DNA of 64,000 nucleotides. Origin: the human T2T-CHM13v2.0 reference genome, Homo sapiens. This document shows positions 54,960 to 64,000 of this stretch, one piece after another. Location of the stretch: the NCBI RefSeq assembly GCF_009914755.1, contig NC_060930.1; one strand, written 5' to 3'. A program made the translations under genes and the position numbers. Positions within the stretch are counted from its first letter, which is position 1. Every line of letters starts with the position of its first letter. Under the pieces are notes generated by a model, which worked only from the letters and a program-made list of their open reading frames with translations, had not been told where the DNA came from and ran no database searches.

Positions 54960-55500
54960 AGTTTCACATCAACACACACTTGGTGAGGAGGACAACGTGG
55001 CAATGTATATCAAAATTGTAAGTAACTCCACGTCTGAGAATTTACCTTAAAGATGTATACATTCCAAAATGATGCATGTAAGAGATAATTCATCATAGCA
55101 TTGTTTATAACAGCAAAAGATTTAAACCAACGCCTTCTGTAGAGGACCGGTTAAATAATGGTACCTCCACACAATGACATAGTATACCATCATGAAAGAA
55201 TGAGGCATCTTTAAGTACTTTAAAATCTTGAAGATAAATCAAGAGGAAAAGGTTAGAGCAGTAGTTAAAAGCAGACTTTCATTTGTAAAAAGGAAGAAGG
55301 TGGATAAGAATATGTTTTTGTATTTGTTTACATCTTTCCTGAGATTTTGTACCTATACAAAAGAAACTGACTACTAGCATCATCCAGGGTGAGAAACTGA
55401 ACGTCCAGAAGACTTTTCACAGTACAGTTTCCATTTTTCAATCATGAAAAATCATTCAAAATTTTGACTGTTTAATCATGAATTATCTATTCCAAAAGAA
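54960..55500 (+). mobile_element. L1ME-type 3' fragment
   Basis: TGGCAATGTATATCAAAATT..TTCATCATAGCATTGTTTATAACAGCAAAAG..GGTTAAATAA. Confidence 0.7.
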
Positions 55501-56410
55501 ATATTTTAAGTTAGACTTTGAAATGACTATAAGACGGTATCTAATACATAGTTGGCACACTTCTTACGAATGATGATTTCTTGGATATACAATTAAATAT
55601 GAACTTGGAATTTCTGCTTTTAGCATTATGGCTAAAATAGAGTTTTTTCTCCTACTCAAAAGTTAACAAAGGAATTGTAGAACTTTCTTTTTTTTACCAG
55701 CCTCCCCCATCCTCTACCCCCTGACTTTTATGACGATTCTGAAGACTGCTGAGAAGTAAACGTTGGGTGTGAGAGAAGCGCTGTGTCCTTGAACTCCCCA
55801 AGATTTAGAAGTGCCAGGAGCACTAAGAAATTGCCTGGAGCTATTTTGCTTACATTTATTTCTGCCCACCCGGCTCCAGGCTTTGTATTTAGTCCTCTTT
55901 CCTCTGGCCCTCCCTCTGGTTTCTACTGAATCTAAAACTACAAGAAAGAAACTAGGTATTTTTGAGGCATAAATTATTGGGCACAATTTAATCATTTACA
56001 AAGTCTTGCTGATGAACTCAGTTATTTGGTGATATTTATTAAAAAGAAATAATAATTGGAATAAATGTATTTATAAGTGGTTTTCATGATTCTCTAATTA
56101 GATGAAAACAATATATAAACAAAGCCCCTTGAATCTGGGACCAATATGGACAGTTCTTGGCTTAGCAATATGGCACATCTCCTTGAGAAATGAGTATAGT
56201 GTATCTTGGGGGTAAAAGGAAATGAAAAGAGCTGAACTTGCTCTAAGACAATGATGCCTACATTCTGCAATGTGCATTGGTCTTATTCTTACCTTCCCAT
56301 TCTGACTGCCTCACAGGATTGGTTGAGAGGATCAGAGTGTAGTATGTGTGGATGCACTTCATAAATGCAAAAGTGTGGTTCATGTACAAATACTGGCCCT
56401 TATAGTGCTG

Positions 56411-56446
56411 AATTTACCCAGAATTTTGCCCAGAAATTTGCCCAGA
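56411..56446. repeat. 12-bp tandem trimer (AAWTTRCCCAG-like)
   Basis: AATTTACCCAGAATTTTGCCCAGAAATTTGCCCAGA. Confidence 0.8.
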
Positions 56447-58184
56447 ACTGTAAGATCAAATGTGTGCAGATATGCTGAAAATACTGTAAAACAGTTGATG
56501 ATTAGCAACTATGATATTTCTAAGCAAAATACTGGATATTTCTTGGAGAACCCCTAGGACGTTGGTTTTTAAGCCTACTCTTGGGACTTGCAGTTTTATT
56601 ATTGAAACTTGAGAATGCCTTTGCATTCTCAAGCAGACTGGCTGAGGCTGCTTAATGGTTTCCATATCCAGGCACTCTGTGGGCCCCCACATTGAAGTGT
56701 GGACCTCCAGGTTCTGGTGCAGGTGTCAGTTTTCATTTCCTGTGCTCAGAAAGGAAGGAATTATCACCACAGCTGGGCCTTCAGTTTTTACTGAGGTGAG
56801 GGAGATGAAGAACCTTAATACTGGTCACTAACTTGTAATGAGATTGTTTCAGGAGTCAACCTGCTGGTTAAAGAGGACCAAGCCATCTAGGGGTATTTAG
56901 GCATCAATCGGCTGCTCCACCATCAAATTTTAGCAGCCAATAAAGCTGATCATGTGTGTGACCCACCTTCCCCTGCTTGGGAATGCAGTGCTTAGCTCTT
57001 AAGGTTGGAAGGTGATTGACAACAGGACTTCCAGTACAGAGAGAACCTTTGAGGTATAAGAGGAAAAAAAAAAAGCCCAAGGCTGAATTAGGCTATCAGA
57101 GATATATCCTGGTGTATAATTAGCGTGGCTTCTAAGAAGCTATTTTAGTGGAAGTACACATATAATAGAATGGCCCAGTGACTTGTTCAAATGTAACCCT
57201 GGGAGTGAATCAGCTTTTAGTGGAATAAAGATTTCCAAGGTCAGCCTTTTTGAACCCACTGTGAATTAGTTTTCTCTTCTGTCCAAGAATATGCAGACAT
57301 GGTCAGAGTGAATGCTGTGGTTGAAGTGGAAGACGTCTTTGTCTACACTGTCCCAAAACCTCGTGAACGGTTTCCTTATGTGATTAGCTCTGCCCTTAGT
57401 CGCTTAACTAAGTTGTTAACTCTGCTCTGGTTACTTATTGCACATGGGTTGGAAGACTCAAACGGGATCATGCCCATACAAGCACTGTTAAGTTGTATAA
57501 CGCTGCATACGTGTAACTGTTTCACAGGGTGGTCATTAGGAATAAATGAGATTGCCTGTAGGAGCCAGCCACTTTCGGTGTTCCATTCATAGAGCAATTA
57601 GGGCCCTGATCAGAAGCCTGATTCCAGAAATAAAGGGCCTCTGCTTTGCACCTGATGGTCTAGTCTCCTGTCTGTGTCAGCCCCATCTTCAGTTTCCAGC
57701 TTTGGCACACTGTGCTCCCAGTGTCTACTCTCCAGCCAGCAATGTTGGCTTTTCTTCATCTTCCAAGCCCACTACTGAGACTCCAAACCCAGGCATGTGA
57801 ACTCTGACTGAAAATCATGAACATCTCAGGGAGAGAGACTAAAGCCATCCTCAGCACATCAGGCCTGATACTACCAAGGCAACCTTCTTCTCCTTTGTCT
57901 TTCCTGTTTCGGCTTTCCAGGTCTCCACCTGGAAAGCAGAGGCCAAAGAGGGACAGGAAAAAAATCGAGTTTAGTAGCAAAGAGCCAAATAATTGCTTCA
58001 CTGGTACCTTGGTACAAAGTTCTAATTAATTAACTGGTAGAAACAGCTGCAAATATTAAGACTTGAGCAAATGTTTTGTGGGACTTGACATACCCTAGGA
58101 CATTGAAACAGCAATGGAGTGGCATGGGGATCTGGCCACTGATAGACCAAATCCTGACATCACATCTGTTAGCTGAAATATGGA

Positions 58185-60810
58185 CTAAGTTGTTTTTAAA
58201 CTGTATACTTAAAAATAATATAGATCAATAGGAAGTTGCAAAGATACTGCAGAGTATCATGTACCTGTTCCCAGATTTCCACTAACGGTTACATCTTACA
58301 TGACTATAATGCAATTTAAAAACCAGGAAACATATTGGTATAATGTGGGTATAGCTTTATGCCATTTTACTACAAATGTAGATTTATGAGAACTTCAGTC
58401 AAGATACAGAACTATTCCATCATCACAAAAATCTCCTTCATGCCACCGCATCATAGTCTCACCCCCATCATCATTACCACATCCCTAACCCCTGGCAACC
58501 ACTAATTCATTATCCATCTCTATAATTTTGTCATTTTGAAAATGTTTTAGAAATGGAATTATACAGTATGTGACCTTTTGAAGTTTGCTTTATATATATT
58601 GCCGAATTCTATTTGCTGATAATTTCCTGAAAGTTTTTGCATCTATATTCATGAGGGATTCTGGTCTTCCGCTTTCTTTTCTTGTACTGTCATTGTCTGG
58701 TTTTAGTATCAAGGTAATATTAGCTTCTTAAATTACTGGAGAAGTGTTCCCTCCTCTTCTATTTTCTGGAAGTGATTGTGTAGAATTGGCATTAATTCTT
58801 CCTTAAACATTTGGTAGAATTTGCCAGTAAAACCATCTGGTACTGGAGAGGTTTTTTTTTCAGCAGTTTTTAACTTATAAATTCAATTTCCTTTATAGTT
58901 ATAAGGCTATTCAAATTGTCTATTTTATATAAGGGAGGTTGTGATAGTTTGTGTTTTGCAAGGAATTTTGGTCCATTTCACCTAAGTTGTCAAACTGATG
59001 TGTGTAGAGTTGTTCATAGTACTCTCATGTTATCCTTTTGATGTCTACAGGGTCCGCAGTGATATCTGCTGTTTCATTCTTTATACTGGTAATTTGTCTT
59101 CTCTCTTTCTTTTTTGTTAGTCTTGCTAGAAGTTTGCCAATTTTATTAATCTTTTTAAAAAGTTTGTGTCTTATTGGATTTCTCTATTGTTTTTCTGCTC
59201 TTCTCTTTTCATTTCTTTCCTTCCCCTTGTTTTATGTTTATTATGTTCTTCTTTGTCTAAGTTCTTGAGGAAGGAGCTTAGGTTACTGATTTGAAACTTT
59301 TCCTCTTTTCTACTGTAAATGTTAAGTGCTATACACTTCTCTTTCAGCACTGCTTTAGCATAGATTTCTTTTTTACTTGCCTTGAGACCTCCTCTTTGAT
59401 TATTTAGCAGTGTGTTATTTGAACATTTCATTTTCTCTTTCTTTTTATGTGTAGTTTAATTCCATTTTTGTTAGAAAACATAATTTGCATAATTTCAGTT
59501 ATTTCAAATTTGTTGAGGTTATTTTTGTGGCCCAGGATGTGGCCTCTCTTGGTATCTGTTCCGTGGGCTCTTTAGAATGTGTTCTGCTCTTGTGGATATG
59601 CTGTTCTATAAATGCCTATTAGATCCTGTTGTTTTATGGTGTGGTTGAGTTCTTCTATATCTTGCTGATACTGTTTATACAGGTTTCTCTCTGGTTGCTG
59701 TATCAATTCTTGAGAGATAGGGGATTCAAATATCCAACTATGATTGTGAATTTCTGATTTCTTCCTTCACTTCCATCGGTTTTTGCTTCACGTATTTTTC
59801 AGCCCTGTTTTTGTGGTCCACGCACATGTAGGACTGCATATCTTAGTGGATCGGCCATTTTGTTATCATGTAATGTTCTTCCCTGTTCCTGGTACTTTTC
59901 TTTGGTCTGAAGTCAACTTTTTCTGAAAGCTCCTCTTGCTTTCATTTGATTAACCTTTGCGTAGTATACTTTCTTAAACCCCTTTACTTTCAACCTACCT
60001 AAATTATTATATATGAAGTTTCTTATAGACAGCTTATAGTTGAGGCATGTATTTTTATCCACTTGACCAATTACTCTTTTAATTTATATATTTAGATCAT
60101 TTATATTTAATGCAATTATTAATAATCTTAGGACTTAAATCTGCCATTTTAGTTTTTCTTTTCTGTTGTTCTCTGTTTTTAATTTCTCTGTTTTCCTTTT
60201 TCTGCCTTCCTGTGAGTGAAAGTAACATTTTTAGGATTCCATTATCATCTGTCTAGAGCATGTCTGAATGTATCTTCTAGAAATTTTTTTAGTGGTTGTT
60301 CTAGGTATTACATAATATAACGTAAGTTATCACAGTCTACCGGTATCATCATTTTACCAGTTTGAGTGAAGTATAGAAAACTTACTATCCCTTATGTTCC
60401 TTTACCCTCTCCTGTATATAATTATTAATTATGTTTTAATTATTTCCTGTACATTCACTGAGAGCCACATCAAACAGGGTTATATTTTTGCTTCGACCAT
60501 CAAACATAATATAGAAAAGCCAAAAGGAAAAGAAAAGTGTATTACATTTACCATATTTTGTGCCCATTGACATTTCCAGGTTACCTGCTTGTCCTGATCC
60601 AAGTCTGGGATACATGAGGCAAAAAGAAAACCCAGGGAACTTACTACATATTGTTCCTCACCTCCTGAGTTTCCTAGCTGTCCTACCTTCTTTTCTCCTC
60701 ATTTCAGAAACTTCTTGTGTCTGTTTTATATGTAATGTCCAGCGTATTTAGTTGTACTTATTGGGAGGAATAGGGAAAAGTGTGTTTTCTTGTCTTGTCT
60801 AGAAGTGATG
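58185..60810 (-). mobile_element. Antisense L1M fragments (3' UTR and ORF2 pieces)
   Basis: CCCTAACCCCTGGCAACCACTAAT; GCATCTATATTCATGAGGGAT; minus-strand peptide AKAVLKEKCIALNIY. Confidence 0.85.
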
Positions 60811-61184
60811 TGACTAAGTGGATTTTAACTGCTCCTGCAATTACAGTTCGTGGCTTGAAATCTCCTTGCTCTTTCTTCTATTCTGTTGCTTATTCTGTTT
60901 CTTGGAATAAAAGTTAAATGTATCTTTAAATAATCTTGACCTCTTAGATTAATAGTTGATTTAACCTTTGATGGGTCGGACGGGGGCGGAATGGAGATGG
61001 AGCTACTAGAAAGCTATCAGTTAGAACAGCAAAAGACAGCAGGTAGACCAAATAGATATGCTAAATAGACACAGTGCTGGCTCCTGAGAGTTGCTTCCCC
61101 AGTGAGCTAAGTCAGTCTTTTTGCTCATTGCCTTATCATTCTTACATAACCTACACTACACTGCCTTATGAAATAAGAAAGGTT

Positions 61185-61330
61185 GCTAGACTGGAGTCAG
61201 GAGACCTAAGTTACAGATGACACTGTGACCTTGAGCAAGTGACTTGACCTTCCTCAGCTCTGTTTTATTCATCCTTAAAATGTGCTTGTTGGTGGATTAG
61301 TTCCTAAAGTTTCTTCCAGCTCTTATGGTT
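61185..61330 (+). mobile_element. MIR
   Basis: CTGGAGTCAGGAGACCT..TGTGACCTTGAGCAAGTGACTTGACCT. Confidence 0.75.
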
Positions 61331-62939
61331 TGTAATTACTCTTCACAGACAGCTTCCCCACCACTACTACACACGCACATGCAAGCACCTGCAGGCAACT
61401 GCTCACCGACTACTTTGTCCTACAGAATTCTTTAAAGAGGATTTGGCAACATGCTTCTACAAGACATTTAAAACCTCACTCATCAGTTTTTGAAAATCTT
61501 GCTCATTTAAATTGTCACAGCTCAAGAGCCCTGGGATTTAAACCTTGGAAAGGGTAAGGCTTGTCAGCAGAATTTCTGTGTTAATTTGTAAAAAGCTAAG
61601 AGATATTAAAACTTTCCACTCTGCAGAAGGCAGTAGAGAGACTGCAGACAAGGAAACCCAGAGGGGTAGTAGAGGGAAAGTCACTGACAAATGCCTGCAC
61701 TCTCAGACCCCGGTTTTTCCCCTGTCCTGCCAGTATCTCCAGCCCTACTGGAATAAAAGGGACATGAACTCGAGGGAGAGGAAAAATTGTAGCCAGTAGA
61801 GACAAGCTTAGAAGGAACAGGAACGAGAACAGGATCTGAACATAAACAGGCTTGAGATAGTCATGATTTATGAAAGATCAAATAGATATCTGCCCTCAAA
61901 GTACAAATACATTACAGAAAAGCTTATCCCATATATTTCCTCTTTGTCCTTTATCACTTAAGCTACAGAGATGATACCATTGGTTGAAATATTTCCAGGA
62001 AATGCTTGTTCACACATTAAATTCCTTAATACACAGTGATTGGACAAATTGCTCAAATCTACTAGAAGAAGGAAACTTTTTGAAATTACTAACACTTCCC
62101 ATCCACTAATTTCTTTTTTAAAAAAATTACACCAAATGGGAGTGTTCTTTCCCAGGCAGTCACTAAAAATCATTGTCAGTGGTGAGAGTTGTTTCTGATA
62201 GACTTTTTGTGTATGGAAACTCAAAGGAGGCAGAAGAGACAGAGGCATTATGAGATGGGCCATGTGAAATACAAGATCATGTGAAATGATTGGGGAATCC
62301 AGAGAATGGAACCTTGGCTCAGGAGATCCTCTGGCTGGAAAAGGAGGACTGGAAGGGGGTCATGGAGCAGGCTTGGGGAAAAACGGGCTGGCCTCAGATC
62401 TTCTGTTACCACTACCCCTTCTCAAAATTATTTTCAGGGAATATTTTCATGCTGTCCTAAGTCATTTGGTAGACTTTGTTACTCAAAGGTTCATAGCATC
62501 TGAAGAACTGACAATATTTTGAGTATTTTACCAACGTATATATTTCTCCCCACCTTGAGAGACAATTGAAGGCTGACAAAAAGAGTTATTTACATCTATC
62601 TCTCTCTTGTCCTTTCTCATCTCCCTTTAACTTTCCTTCATTTCACAAGTGAAGGCCCATACTACCAGGCTGGTAGGGAAGACAGGAAAAGAGTATGCCT
62701 ACAAGCCTCACAGGAAATGGAGAACAGCAGGAGGAGCTAGCACCAGCACCGTTTATGACTGCACAATGCACTGCTACATAACAGATGTTTAAAAATTCCT
62801 TGAGTCCCTAAGGCCTAAGATCATAAAAGAAGAGATCACAGAGAAATAACAAAGTATATAATACCATGATTATATGGTGCCAACAAAGCCAGAGTTTGCA
62901 AAAAAGAAGAGTGGCCAATAGATAAAATAAAGCAGAGTG

Positions 62940-64000
62940 AGCACTGGGGACTATGAGAATTGATTGGATTTTACCATTAGGATATTATTGATGACCGTAG
63001 CAAGGATGGTTTTATGGAGTTATTAGGGACTGAAAGCTAGATTGTACTGAGATACAGTAGAATAAAGACAAGTGGAAGCTAAGCAGCGAGCACCAAGTTT
63101 GAGAATAAAAATGTTGGTAACTTCAAGAGGAGGCTCAAAGGTGGTTTTTGAGAAAAATGAGCAATGTCTGTAGGCTGAGGGTGGGAATATGGAAAGGGGA
63201 TGTTAAAGCTATCAAGGAAGCTGGGTTAATGGAGCAAGATTGCAGAGGAAGAAGTGAGGAAGGGTACAGTGGAAGGATTGGCCTAGGGTACTGAAGGAAG
63301 GAGGATGAGAGTCTGTGGGAATCCCAGTGGAGTTTGGATGAGTAATTGCTGCAGTTCTCTCAGCATCTCTGGGAGAGCACAGCCCAGCCTGGGCTTGGAG
63401 GGCTGTGGTATATCAGGGGCAAAGTTTCCATGAAAGCTTAAAAAGTAGGAGATTTTGACAACGGAGGGAGGATTTGGGAAAGCAGGTGGGGGAAGGAAGG
63501 GTTCATTATAACAGAAGCCAAGGCAATAAGCACCTGAGAGAAAAAAGCAGATAATGAAAGGAAAAAGAAAACTGCTACATTTTTTCATGTGGAAATTGAT
63601 GGTTATAAAAATAAAATCAGAAATCACTGACCTACAAAATTCAACTTCAGTGTGAGTCCCTGTGGTGGCAGAACTTTCAAGGTGGTAACTGTGGTGGATT
63701 TATGGAGGAGTTGGTGTGGGCCTTTGTCTTGCTGAGTTAAAGGCAGATATCTTGGGTGTGCACAGCAACAGAGAGGGCTCTGATCTTTCTCCATGGAGAG
63801 ACGTCTTAATGTATAGGGAGTAGGGAGGGCCCTGGTCTGGTCCCAGCAGGGACTGTCTTGCAGTGAACAGACACACTAGGTATTAAGTAGATCAAAGAAA
63901 GATGATGTGAAAGTCTAGGAAGTTTTTAGGGGAAAGAGTCAAGCTTAGACTGCATATTAAGAAGATAAGGTAGTTTCTGGCAGGAGGCTTTGGACATGGA
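62940..64000 (-). mobile_element. L2 ORF2 relic
   Basis: Minus strand near 62960-63045 resembles the L2 RT segment QSGFR..HSTETAL..VTND; purine-rich plus strand. Confidence 0.55.

Overview
This is hominoid, probably human, non-coding genomic DNA: Alu J/S/Y, an SVA and L1PA are all present. I found no protein-coding exon of a gene I recognise, no rRNA or tRNA and no CRISPR array, and I cannot name the locus. Most listed ORFs are chance ORFs or Alu/L1/SVA read-through; the only bona fide protein match is the L1 ORF2 C-terminus at 41.8-42.5 kb. The left ~40 kb looks more GC-rich and is dense in MIR, L2 and old LTRs; the right ~24 kb looks AT-rich with long L1M and hAT relics. The most unusual structure is at 31.7-37.8 kb. 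It is an old, highly diverged tandem array of ~140-bp units (33.6-37.7 kb), interrupted by SVA, MER53, MER33 and AluJ, whose units appear to keep a common stem-loop through compensatory changes. Beside it lie two duplicated 91-nt exon-like cassettes with intact splice sites and a repeated heat-shock-element-like motif. A fragmented Ty3/Gypsy pol relic (RT and RNase H motifs) lies at 40-44 kb. Repeat family names come from my recall of consensus sequences, not from a search, and boundaries of old repeats are approximate.
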